Source of the DNA: Octopus vulgaris
Lineage: Eukaryota
DNA: 64,000 nucleotides
Assembly (NCBI GenBank): GCA_951406725.2
Contig: OX597818.1
Coordinates: forward strand, 31,496,001 to 31,560,000
Reading direction: 5' to 3'
Under the pieces are notes generated by a model. The model was not told where the DNA came from. It was given only the letters and a program-made list of their open reading frames with translations, and did not search any database. Below, one piece after another: positions 1 through 13,550 of this stretch. Position 1 is the stretch's first letter. Every line of letters begins with the position of its first letter. The position numbers were made by a program, and so were the translations under genes.

Positions 1-222
1 TAATTAGTGTATATTAATACAAATAGTTTTCTTAATAGGACTAACGAATGTTTAATGACAAAGTTACACGAAAATTAAAAGTATATCTTCGAAGAATTTC
101 AACTTCAAAATAGCTTTTGTATTTGGTATTCAGAGTAGAATTTGCCTTGTTAGTGCTATGTTGAAATTTAGCCTACAATGTAATTTCTCGCTTTTTCGAA
201 CTATATATATATATATATATAT

Positions 223-554
223 AACTTAGGTAAAACTTCGGTATGTTTCGCCCAAAGAATGGTCCAGGTCATGTCTAACTGAATAGCACCACCTGATAGG
301 ATTATCTAAATCCTTTTTCAGTTAAGTTTTGTGGTATTATGGTCCATTCAAGTAGTGGATTCTTGTTGAGGGAGTTGTATCCAGGTACGGGTGGCTTATC
401 TGGTATTCCTTGAAGAAAGCTGTCCAGACTCCGTTTAAAGGCGATGTTAACTAGGGCAGGGCCTATTGAGGAAAAGAAATTATGTCGTGTACCTATATGT
501 TGTGATCCTGAATTGGGCTGGGGACGTATGGTCCCAGCCTTGGATGAATCTTGA

Positions 555-557
<3 letters not shown>
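223..557 (-). mobile_element. 5'-truncated CR1-like LINE 3' end (ORF2 C-terminus) between two (TA)n tracts
   Basis: Minus strand translates RHNFFSSIGPALVNIAFKRSLDSFLQGIPDKPPVPGYNSLNKNPLLEW, matching the typical CR1-type ORF2 C-terminal pattern FKxxLDxFLxxIPDxP..GY. Confidence 0.65.
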
Positions 558-622
<65 letters not shown>

Positions 623-905
623 AAGTGTTAAAGAAGATAAGAAACGTTCAGGCAAGACAAACATCTCAAGTCATATACGTTATTATTACAGGAAAAATTC
701 AAAGTTTTACAGCTGTTTTGGGGATATCCCAGGATATGAGATATTCTGTCTTCGGAAACAAATAGTGAAAAAGAGAAGGATATAAATGAATTAAATGTTG
801 GAAATCCACGATAGCTCCATAACTATCTTGGAGCCTTGGTAATCCGTTACAGCACTTACTTAGCGTACCTAGTCGTTTAGATCACATGTGAACTAAATCG
901 TCATG
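623..905 (-). mobile_element. Penelope-like pseudo-LTR fragment with degenerate hammerhead motif
   Basis: Lies between (TA)n tracts. Minus 759-704 reads GTTT-CCGAAGA-stem-CAAAA-CAGCTG-TA-AAAC (hammerhead layout with GAAA mutated). Confidence 0.5.
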
Positions 906-908
906 CTT

Positions 909-967
<59 letters not shown>

Positions 968-1007
968 GTATGTAAATGTAATATGTGACAATTATTCGGT
1001 AGCCATG

Positions 1008-1066
1008 ATAAAACTCCGAGTTTCGGATGCCGAGGTGGAAATCCATGCCGCTATCTCTTCAGTTAT
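1008..1066 (-). ncRNA. Type I minimal hammerhead ribozyme motif
   Basis: Minus strand: ATAA-CTGAAGA-GATAGCGGCATGGATTTCCACCTCGGCATCC-GAAA-CTC-G-GAG-T-T-TTAT. CUGANGA and GAAA boxes are intact, stem I is ATAA/TTAT, stem III is ACTC/GAGT, and the cleavage triplet is GUU. Confidence 0.65.
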
Positions 1067-1394
1067 GCGGCCATCAGAAAAAAATGCTATGAAAAATGAC
1101 CGTTATACAAAGCCAAATTACTGTGTGATTGACCGTTATTAAGACAAAAGAGGTATTTGAATGGGTGCTAAGTGAGAGGCGGGAGTAAAAGTAAGGGGGT
1201 AAAAAAGTTCATAGTATTCGCGTAAACGCGTATGTTCATAACTACACATGCGCGCCTGTCACCCACCTGCATGCACCTAAAAGTATACACTCATTCACCA
1301 TCACTTGAAACGTACACAACCTTACCCGCACCATTCGCCACATATATATATATATATATATATATACAAACCCACACACACACACACGGGCACC

Positions 1395-1760
1395 AAAAAG
1401 GTTCATACACACGTCTATATACGCACAAACTCAAGAAAACACAGGGCTAAAGGTAACAATATAGAAAAAGGGTGGAAGGGAGTATAAAAATATGCACATA
1501 CCCGTATGTACGCACACACACATGCACGCAGAAAAAGTTCATATACACGTCTATATGCGCCTATACACAAGAAAAAAACAAGGCTAAAGGCAAGAATACA
1601 GGAAAATGTGTAAAAATCAATGAGTAAAACACGTCTATATACGCACACACTCGCATGCACGCACACACGCACACAGTTATATACGCACATACCCGCACAC
1701 ACGCACACATCCACATGCGCACACAAAGGATTCCATATATACGTCTATATACGCCCAGGG
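1395..1760. repeat. Degenerate ~135-bp tandem repeat inside the Penelope-like 3' region
   Basis: AAAARGTTCATAYACACGTCTATATRCGC...GGCTAAAGG recurs at ~1395 and ~1530, with partial copies at ~1628 and ~1725. Confidence 0.65.
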
Positions 1761-1967
1761 AAAATGCAGGGTCGAAGGTAGAAACAGAAAAATTATGTGT
1801 AAAAAATATATAAGCAATAAACCTATAAACCAATATCTCTATAAATATGTAAAAAAATATATGTATAAAAATATATATAAATCAAAAAATATAAGAAATA
1901 TAAGTAAAAGGTATAAAGAGATAAAAAGCTTGTACGTGGACACAATACAGAAGGCAAGTTCTATCTT

Positions 1968-2316
1968 TAATCGGGGGGGGGGGGACCAAAAGCGTAATAA
2001 ATATTTATCCACATATGGGCATGTTCCGAAAAGTTCAGTTCTTGAATTCAGACATGTAGCGGGGTCTAAGCTGCTTTTCCAGATGAGCCATCTTTCCGTA
2101 TCACAGAGAGCGCACTTTCCACTGCCGTTGGTGTGGGGCTTACACTTGGCTAAGATCTTCCAATGGATTTTGTAACTGACACCTTTATCTTTTAATGACC
2201 ATATATGACTGGATAATTTGGTCGTTTTCCTTTTATTCCAGTGCCTAAAGCTCAAGGTGTGATTATTGAACCAGTCCTTGAAATTACTCTCTGTAAGGCC
2301 CACGTATTTCTTCGTC
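1968..2316 (-). pseudogene. GIY-YIG endonuclease domain of a Penelope-like element (truncated ORF)
   Basis: KKYVGLTESNFKDWFNNHTLSF...LSSHIWSLK...IHWKI...CALCDTE...LNSRTELFGTCPY contains the YxG motif, H..SF, CxxC and LN.R.E, typical of PLE C-terminal endonucleases. Confidence 0.85.
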
Positions 2317-2378
2317 GAAATAATCACACCTTCAGCTTCAGGCACAGGGATAAAAGAAAAACGACCAAATTATCCAGT

Positions 2379-2432
<54 letters not shown>

Positions 2433-3326
2433 ATGTCAGTTAGTTGGCTGTCACATATATTTATAGATAAATTCCTCTATTTACATAATATCGGTGTCTC
2501 ATTCATTATGTTGTTGTCATATTATTATCATTATTAATATATATATATATATACACATACCCGCATACAAGGTAAATTTCTGTAATTCAACAATAAGGAT
2601 TCAGTTGTTCATTCATCTGAATTATCTGGTCTTGAACCAGAGTACAAATCGAAAACCATTGCTCAGAACCTTGTACCCTGAGTACAATTCTCAAGCAGAA
2701 TAAGCGAGACGCAATGTGTCAAAATGTACCATTTTCAACCAGAGATATTTTCCCATCAAATCGAACTTCTTAAACGTCCAGCCATACAGCGTCCTACACT
2801 CACACATTACACACACACACAGACACACACACACTCTCTCTCTCATACGTACATGTATGTATGTATGCATAGTGTTGTCCTGATGATAACCGAAGCATGA
2901 AAGCTCCAATGCTGTCGTTATTATGGAATTAATAGCATTATTTTATGTCTTAAGTTTTACGAAGACAGAAGTTCAGGATTCTCAATAGCTACATTTTAGA
3001 ATATTCCAATGTTGGTTTTCAGGGAGATATCAAACATTAGCATGAAAAATGGAGACGCTTCCAGAGTTAAGAATGTTTCAACCCTATTTACTTTCGATAT
3101 GATCGCAAAATTTGGCTGCTTTAGCGTCAAATTTATGAACGGAAAGACAAGTTAGGTAACATGTCTCATCGCAAGACCCCTTTTAAATATCGGTCTCGTT
3201 GTACTCGTTAATATACCTTAGTTTTGTGCACTCATTGTGTGTGTATGTATTTATGTGGTATGCCGGTGTATGTAAGCCTTCTACAGGGTTATTTCACACT
3301 TTCTTCTGACTCTTGCTTTTAACGTA

Positions 3327-3868
3327 TTAGGTTGTCCGGAAAGTTCGTGCCAAGTGTTAAAGGAAAAGAAAAAGGTCAATAAATACTTGCCATTACAGTT
3401 TTAATCAACCAAATATGAAACATTTTGTTGCACAATGCGTTTCCATCTTTCCTTTAACTTGAAAATACCCTCTTCCCAGAATTGAAGTGGTTTCATGGCA
3501 ATGAATTCATCAAGGTATCCTTTTACGTCATTCAAGGAATTGAAATTTTTACCATTAAGACTATTCTGCAGAGACCTGTATAAGTGGAAATCCGAAGGAG
3601 TAATATCTGGTGAATATGGAAAGTGGGGTAATACATCCTAGTCGAGCTGCAGCAATTTTTGTTAACAGTGTTAATTCTGTAAACATTTAAAATGTTTACA
3701 GAATTAACACTGGTTATAGGAAGATAAACCTTCTTCCACGTAAAGATAGATTAAACTGTGCTGTAAATGGTAGTGTAGTCAAATCCTATTTTATGGACTC
3801 AACCATATTATAAAATAAGTCGAAATGTAAGCTACTATGAATCGGCACGAACTTTCCGGACAACCCAA
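3327..3868 (-). mobile_element. Internally deleted mariner transposon
   Basis: TIRs TTAGGTTGTCCGGAAAGTTCGTGCC / GGCACGAACTTTCCGGACAACCCAA with TA on both sides. Minus strand encodes VLPHFPYSPDITPSDFHLYRSLQNSLNGKNF...FWEEGIFKLKERW (mariner YSPDLAPSD motif). Confidence 0.92.
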
Positions 3869-4290
3869 TATATTAACTACGGACTCCTAATCTTGCAGCG
3901 TCAATGGTTTGTTCTATTGGAGATTTATCATTTATAAATAGTAACGCATAGTTATAGAATGGATCCCTTTTAATTAACTACGAAAATTCTGCTTTGTGTA
4001 TATCCCATACAATTTCTATAACATTTGTATTGTGAGTTATTCTGAAATGTTAGGTTACATTATACATTTGCTCTTTTCATCTTAAAACACATTGTGAAAG
4101 GTGCCGATGTGCAATCATATGTAGGAGACCACAAATCATAACGTGTGAGTAACATGGTTTCCACACTCCCACCACTACCATCACCACTGTTATTTAAAGT
4201 CGACCTTTGAGTTGACCAGTGATCTTCCCAATCCATTTGAACTATTACTCGGTTTATGTATGTTTGTATGTATGTATGTATGTATGTATG

Positions 4291-4321
<31 letters not shown>

Positions 4322-4849
4322 GTATCCGTTGTCTTTTTTACGTATACCATCATTGACTCCAAGTTCTGCAAATCTCATTTTTCAACTTTAACTAGGAAAC
4401 GTTTTCAGAGGAGTTCAAACACGGTACGAGAAAATATTTGACGGAATTCATACACCGCAGTCAGTTCAAGAGGAAATTATTATCAAATTAATCTTGTAAT
4501 TAATTCCATTTTATAAAACTTAAAAACAAAAGAAAAAAACGATAGCATTGATTTTTTTTATCTCGGTATTTGTCTGTCTGCATCGAAAATCGCTTTCAAT
4601 AAATTTTCCGTAATTACAACGTCATCATTCCTTTGAACTTCAAGTATCTAGGGTCATTTAAAAGATGGATGGATGAATCAACTGTTTGGAGGTATAATGT
4701 CAGTGTAAAAAAAAAAGAATAATAAGATAGGAAACGGAAGAGTGTTTCTATATCAATCAATTTTCTTACAGAAATGGAAACAAAATGACAAGAGTGTATA
4801 TTTCCTATATTGCCCAAAACATGATAAACTTGATTCACAGGAAATATTT

Positions 4850-4901
4850 TATCATTATTACTATCATTATTATTGTTATTATTGTTGTTGTTGTTGTTGC
4901 T

Positions 4902-4934
<33 letters not shown>

Positions 4935-4970
4935 GCTGTTGGTGTTACTGGTGTGGTTGTTATTGTTGTC
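4850..4970. repeat. (TTA)n/(TTG)n compound microsatellite
   Basis: Direct reading. Confidence 0.95.
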
Positions 4971-6726
4971 AGTATTCTTCTTATTAGTACTATTATTGTG
5001 TTTCCAAACGAATGAAGTTACTATCGAATTTTATTGTTTTGAACAAAGTAATTTTAGTTTTTGTTGTACTGTTTTGTCATTAAGCCAACTACCATATTCG
5101 GTTTGTTGGTTTTGTAAAACTTTAGACTTTATGGGAGAATCTTTTAGTAGTCTAAGAAGTGAACGTTCATATGTACGTGTGTGCAAAAATATGCCTTCTC
5201 AAATCTAGAGAAGAGACGGCTCTTCCAAGTGATATTATGGACACAGTTTGGCACTACTACCTGTTGTATTTGTCGTTTTCTGTGAATCCTCATTTAAGCT
5301 TCTAACTTTTTTGTTTGGCACGAACAAATGTTTGAATGACAATTGCAATGACAACACTAAAAGCATCGACAAAAACCACGTAAATGAAACGACACTTGAA
5401 AACAACACTACCATTACACATCTCACCGCTATAAATACTGGTAAGGAAACAACAGTGAGCATCACCACCAGCACAAATTTTCATACAATAAAAATAGTGA
5501 AGACCAAGGCATACAAACAAAGTGAAAATGGGTTCACAAATATATGTAGAAAATTAGACGCATTTAGAACTGATAAATGTGAAAGCGCATCTCTCTAAAA
5601 GTTTAAGAACAACATACCTTAACATACCACAACAAATTCAAGAGGAAACCCAAAGAGAAACAATAATATATAAATGCATTAGACTTAAACCGAAGCGACT
5701 TGAGCGAGAGATGCACATTGGAATGTGTCTTCAACTAATCTGGGACACAAAATCCAATGTCGCTTTGGGAAGATGTTTTTGCATAGTTGGAGTGAGGTGT
5801 CAATCTGGAGAACTGAAGGTTTATTTGTGAGCAACACTAAAGAGTGACGAACTGCTCTCGATTCTATCATACATTTGTCAAAAAGTGGTAGAAATAAAGA
5901 TGGCTGAGGTACCACCAGAAGTGGATATCTCCTTGCTTGTTGCAGTCGTAATATACAACAGAAGACATAAAACAACTATTCTACAAATCCACACACTGAG
6001 AATGGAAAACTGATCTGGTACAGAAAATCAGTGGAGGCCACCTCTATCGAATGATTTTTCTTTAACCAAACTAAAGTAAGCTAAAATCTGTTTTCCGTTT
6101 CTGCAGTCTTTTATAATAGCTTGATTCACTACTAATTGTTCTTTATAATCTCACATTCCTTTCCAGGACTTTTTGAATTTCACTATTAACATATCATTGC
6201 CATCCTGGTGAGCCAACGTCCTGCTGAAGGGTATGGACAAAAGTGCTTTGTATGTTGTTGGAAAGCAAGTTATAAACTTATGAGTATGAATATTTTTGTT
6301 TCGAAAATATTTTATTTTATATTTTTCCTTTAGCAGCCAATAATATGCAGATTCAGGTAGGTATGCTAACCATTTCACTGAATACTGCTACAATACATTC
6401 ATGGGTTTTGGTCATCTGTTTCAGCTAGAAATCGGGGGCCTTATGAATAACAAGTACCTCCCTCTTCCTTGTAATTCTCAATGCATTGGCGAATTCCTTC
6501 CTTGTTGTTATGGTCTATACTTTTTCTTTTTACATTCTTATTGTGTTTTCATGTTTTGTGAATTTTATTGTGACTCACAATATTATGCATGTTTTTTTTA
6601 ATGTATGTAAGTATCTATAGTCTGCTTATTTGATTGAAATTATTATTCTGAAGAAAAACTTCATGACTTTTCCATGGAGAATTCTATTCTCAATATTTTT
6701 CATGATTTGATTTGTTTTTTTCTTTC

Positions 6727-7417
<691 letters not shown>

Positions 7418-7796
7418 ATATAGGTTTGAAGTAACTCCTCCAGAGGATACAGGAGCAAAAAAAAAAGAAGAGTGCCATTGTCATCAAGTGAACAATATTT
7501 CGACATCTCGTGTGACAATTTACTTCATTTTGGTTAATATATATAGGATATATCGTTCACTTAATGACAAGAGCATTCTTCTTCTTTTGTTTTGCTTCTA
7601 TTATATCATATGGAGGAGTTACCTCAATCCTATATATGTTAACCAAAATGAAGTAGATTGACACATTTATTTTTTGAACCTGTTGAAGACACAAAGAGAT
7701 GTTGAAATATCGTTCACTTGATGACAATGGCACTCTTCATTTTTTGTTTCTATTATTATTATTATTATTATTATTATTGTTGTTGTTGTGTTGTTG

Positions 7797-7828
<32 letters not shown>

Positions 7829-7832
7829 GGTG

Positions 7833-8063
7833 TTGTTTTGACTCAGTTTCGATCTTATTCCTGGTAGGATTCATTAAGTTAGCATATTACTACCTCTAAC
7901 CTTAGGTACCCACAAGCTTTCAATAGTCTTTCAAGTGCTTAGAACCCTCTTGATAATCTTTCTAGTCTCTAAGAGGCAAACTTTCTGAAGAATCTCTACA
8001 GGATATTCTATTCCAATCTCCTTCAACCATTCATCTATATCTCTGCTTATTTTCTCAATTTTC
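7833..8063 (-). mobile_element. R4/Dong-type non-LTR retrotransposon 3' end
   Basis: Minus: KISRDIDEWLKEIGIEYPVEILQKVCLLETRKIIKRVLST*, the RLE-clade C-terminal LQKxxLLGTxxI.R.VL pattern. Adjacent to (TAA)n-type tracts. Confidence 0.8.
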
Positions 8064-8124
<61 letters not shown>

Positions 8125-8158
8125 TAATAATAATAAATAATAATAATAATAATAATTA

Positions 8159-8650
8159 CTGTCAAGCAGCTGCTGTCACTTGTAGGACGGATCCAACTAT
8201 CAGCCAACTTCATCGTGAAGATGCCTCGCATCTTCCTTTGGCCGGTAAAGGCAGGGAGTTTTTCTCTATCTGTTAGTTATGGTGAACACATGATAGTGTG
8301 GTGGACATGACTGAAAGGGCTGAAGGCAGGCACTTTCCTCTTCGGTCATCAACACTCATCAGCTTTTTCGGGCTCCACTTAAAGAGTGAGGGTGGAAAAG
8401 GAGATATTGTTGCTCAGTGAATTTGTTGAAAAGTGGTTGAATATCGCGAGAATGAACCGAGTATATGGACCTAAGCATGCATCTGCAGGATTGAATATAC
8501 GGAGATGACTCGGAATACTTAGCCACTCGGTTTTTATTTAGCTGTATATTATTGGTTTTTATTGTTTACACGTTGTTAATGAAAATCCCTATCGACTCAT
8601 TTTTCTTGATCGTCCTTTTTTGTGTGCACCCCTTGAGACCAATAAAGATG
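8159..8650 (+). mobile_element. Tx1/L1-clade LINE 3' end
   Basis: VKQLLSLVGRIQLSA...VWWT*LKGLK...EFVEKWLNIAR. The start matches the end of the 63609-64000 fragment (TGTC.A...CTGCTGTCAC). Ends in CCCTTGAGACCAATAAAG. Confidence 0.7.
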
Positions 8651-8721
8651 GAATTATTTTAATTTGCCTTCAGAATGTTTTCTCTTTTAATGATATTGTA
8701 CTTATTATTTTCTTTAGATAT

Positions 8722-8958
8722 CTGAACCCTTTTATCTTTCATTTTACTAAATGAAGTTAGATATTTCTTTCTCAATTTTATATATCAAATTATTTTCGTA
8801 CCATTTTCAATTTGGTGTTTGACTCATGGTCCAATTCTATCGGATCCCCCTTTTTTTCATTTTACTAAATGAAGTTAGATATTTCTTTCTCAATTTTATA
8901 TATTAAATTATTTTCTCACCATTTTCAATTTGGTGTTTGACTCATAGTCCAATTCTAT
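8722..8958. repeat. 118-bp tandem duplication
   Basis: TTTCATTTTACTAAATGAAGTTAG...CCAATTCTAT at 8737 and again at 8855, with few mismatches. Confidence 0.9.
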
Positions 8959-10433
8959 TTAAATCTTACCCAGTTTCCCTCATGTACTCCTACTAAAGAA
9001 ATCAAATTAGTACGTTTCTGATATTCAGGCAGTTTGGCACTGTGCATATAATTTCTTGCAATGCTTCTTAAAATTTATCCTTTAGTGTAGCTACATGTTC
9101 ATATGTATCTTTAGCCAGTATTTGATCCATCTTCATTGTTTTTGTTTTTAATGCATTCTCCATTTCTATTCGCGATTGTATTAAGTTTATATCACTTTTA
9201 ACTCTTCTGTTGCAAAATGGAGGCAACATTCCAAACATAGAAGAAAATGGAAAATACATATCCGATATCCCTTTTTTTACCTATTGTAAAAATACACTCT
9301 GTCGGGAATGTTGAGGTTCTAAATGTGAATATGGCTGAAATTGGTGATTTAGCTGCCGTCGGGATATATTAAGGTACAAAAAAAAATACAAAAACGAAGA
9401 CAGAAAACAGTAACAACTTTTGCCATCGGAGCACGGGAACTGATCCTCATGTCCTTTGAGGACCATAAGGATATCTCAGATATACATAGACACCTTCAAT
9501 CTTGAAATACATCATGCTGGTAATTTAGGGCTTAATATATTAGTCTTTCATGGGCAGTTGTAAAGGAAATCATACGACGACATACTGGCCGGGAAACTGA
9601 AGTCAAATACTGGATAGGCCCTGACGCCGCTACAAACATTTGAATTATCAGGTCTTCTCTAGTCTGAGATCAACACGCTATGTTGATGCATTGATTCGTG
9701 CTGAGCAATGAAATATGGTCTCTTTCTTTCCTTTACTGCCCCCAGTCATGGAGACGCCCGACTAAATCGTAAAAATTTTTTAAAAACGTGAGCCCTTAAC
9801 GAACTGATATCACGATTCAGGTTCATATTCTCAGCTGAAACTATTTCATTTCACTCATAATACTAATAGCTCTTGCAGAAAAAAAAAAAAACCATGAACG
9901 TAAAATATGGTCTTCCTCACTCTTTTTCTTTGGCTAATCAAACAGAACCAAATATTTAGTTTTATCCTTAGATTTTTCTTTCATTTACTTCATTTTCTTT
10001 TTTTTTTCGTTTCTCTTTCCTTCACATTATTCATCTCTTTCATCCTTTAATCTTCCATTTTTAATGTCATGTTGATTGATAATATCGGTTAATGAGTCTT
10101 ACACAGAAGGATCAGAGGTTAAAGTCTAAATATCAACTTCTGCTTTAAATGCGTTAATCCCTGTTGGTTTCGTATGAAATGTTTAACTTCCTTCCTGTCC
10201 GCTGTGTGTGTGTGTGTGTGTGTGTTTTTGTTTTTTATCATCGAGGAGATAATTGTTATTCTAACACTTCTGGCCGATTGAATGCTCTGTAAATAAATTC
10301 TTATATTAACCCTCTTCGTTCCCGCAATCACCTTCTCTCTTCCCTCGCTCTCAGTTTCTCTGTCCCTACTTCTATCTTTTTTGTTTTCCATCCTTTCAGC
10401 ACTTCATCGCATTTTCTCTCATCTCTCATCTCA

Positions 10434-10492
<59 letters not shown>

Positions 10493-10517
10493 ACATACAT
10501 ACATACATATATATACA

Positions 10518-10561
<44 letters not shown>

Positions 10562-11291
10562 CATATACACACATATATATATATATATATAAGTATACAT
10601 ACATACATACACACGCACATATATATACATACATAATATAGTATAATAATGCATATGTGTCTGTTTTTCGATATGAGATATTATTATTTGTTCCTTTGGC
10701 AGCAGGCCAAATCCAAAGAGAAAGAGGAAGTATAGATGATGAAACCCTATTTGTTTTATTCATCCCTGAGGGATGTACAGCGATGTGAACTCGGGAGCCT
10801 AGAGGGTAAAAACTAATTATTGCAATTCCAGTGAGATCGTAGACGACAGCCAAGTGGTAAGCTAACAGTAGAATTGTTAAGCTAACAGCTGAAATGTTTT
10901 GAGTTCGCATACGTTCACCGGTAGCACATTGTGATTATGACTGAAAAAAGATACTAAAATCTATGTAACTGCGTTATACTAGCTCTAACTTGATTTTGTG
11001 AAATAATAAATTCGAATACAGTATATAATTGATTTCTTTCATTAGTACAAGAACAAATATTTTTGGGGAAACAGTCGATTATACAGAACTTGCTATTTGA
11101 TTTGCACGTGAGAAAAGAGAAAAGTCCAAAGCGAAAGAAAGAAAAATAAGGAAAATTCGCCAACAATCCACGTGCAGTTAGGTATGATGGTAGGTAGGTA
11201 GGTAGATAGGTAGGTAAGGTAGGTTAGTAGATAAATAGATAGATAGATAGAAAGATAGACAGGTACAGTATTTTTGACTTTTACATACATA

Positions 11292-12175
<884 letters not shown>

Positions 12176-12185
12176 TATATGTATA

Positions 12186-12258
<73 letters not shown>

Positions 12259-13366
12259 GATTATATGTTTCAACACACACTCCTCTTTTGCTCGTCTCAG
12301 TTATTGAATGCGGCCATGCTGGGTTACCACCTTGAAGGGCTCAGTCGAACATATTGCCACAAGTACTTATTTTAAAGCTTGGGAATTATTCTGTCGGTAT
12401 CTTTTGTATAACTGTTAGGTTATGAAGTCGTAAATAAACCAACACCGGGGATCCAGCCTCGGCAAGGGAGGATCACAAATTCATTCACAATGCACACACA
12501 TACATATATTTGTATGTATAACTTAAATATTTGATTTACTCTTTTGGCACAACTTTACCTCTCGATTTCTTTACTGATATCAACGCCAGTGAGCATGTTT
12601 GTTTATTAATACATGCAGGTGGCTGCATGTGGATGATTGATTGATACTTGTTGCTAATAATAAGGAAAAATACAACCAACGTACATGAGAGCAATTGCTG
12701 AAGGCTGTTTTCCTTACTTGAAATATTTTGTTTCTAAAGAAATATAACGTTTCATTTCTAATGTGTTGCCTTTTTGCGAGAGAAATAGCTTAAAATACAT
12801 CCTGTATTTTCAGTCTAATGCATGCTTCAACTCTTCATATATGATGACACTTCGAGTTTAAATTAACTGTCTAAAATGCATTAAAGATAAGGTTCTTGTT
12901 TATCAAATTTTCACGAAAGAAAAGAATGCATCTGTATTTTAAAAAAATATCTAAAGAAAAAACCGTTATAATCTAAAAGAAAATTACAGTTCTGTAATTG
13001 AAAATTTTATAAAATTGGGGAATAATCACAATTTCTTGATATACATTAATCTAATATTGCAATGAATGGAAGAAATGTTGACAAAATAAATTCAATTTAA
13101 ATAATAAGGTAATTTTCTCTTTCGTTATTATCAAAATTACTAAATTACCAAAATAGAAATTAAGATATTATTAACAAAATACACAAAACCTAATTGAACA
13201 TGGAATTCAATATTAATGTAAGGAGTAATTATAAAATTTAAGATAAACGACTTCAAGCGATGTAACGTATCAAATTCAAGCGTAAAAATCCGCTTGTTTA
13301 CACTTATTTGTGTGGAGAGTGAGTGTATGCGTATATATGTGCATGCTATAGATTTGTTTGTGCTGA

Positions 13367-13449
<83 letters not shown>

Positions 13450-13462
13450 ATATCTATCTATC

Positions 13463-13493
<31 letters not shown>

Positions 13494-13505
13494 CTGTCTA
13501 TCTAT
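13367..13505. repeat. (TATC)n microsatellite
   Basis: Direct reading. Confidence 0.95.
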
Positions 13506-13550
13506 CGATCGATCTCTCGATCTCTCCTCTGTGTGTGTGCATATATATAT

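Larger units (their letters stand above)
975..2380 (-). mobile_element. 5'-truncated Penelope-like retroelement (GIY-YIG end, repeat-rich 3' region, hammerhead-bearing terminus, inverted 5' junction)
   Basis: GIY-YIG ORF remnant at 1968-2316, hammerhead motif at 1008-1066, inverted duplication at 2206-2380, and (TA)n on both flanks. Confidence 0.8.

Noticed and set aside
5248-5268. Peptide LALLPVV shared by ORFs 5248-5598 and 55169-55615
   Set aside because: Seven common hydrophobic residues, with different codons and no flanking similarity; treated as coincidence.
6156-6366. Possible small exons (TTCCAG|...|GTGAGC and TTTAG|...|GTAGGT)
   Set aside because: Splice-like motifs are frequent by chance, and the peptides are not recognisable.
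9068-9770. Protein-like broken frames on the minus strand
   Set aside because: Many stops and no identifiable motif; possibly a decayed TE but not assignable.
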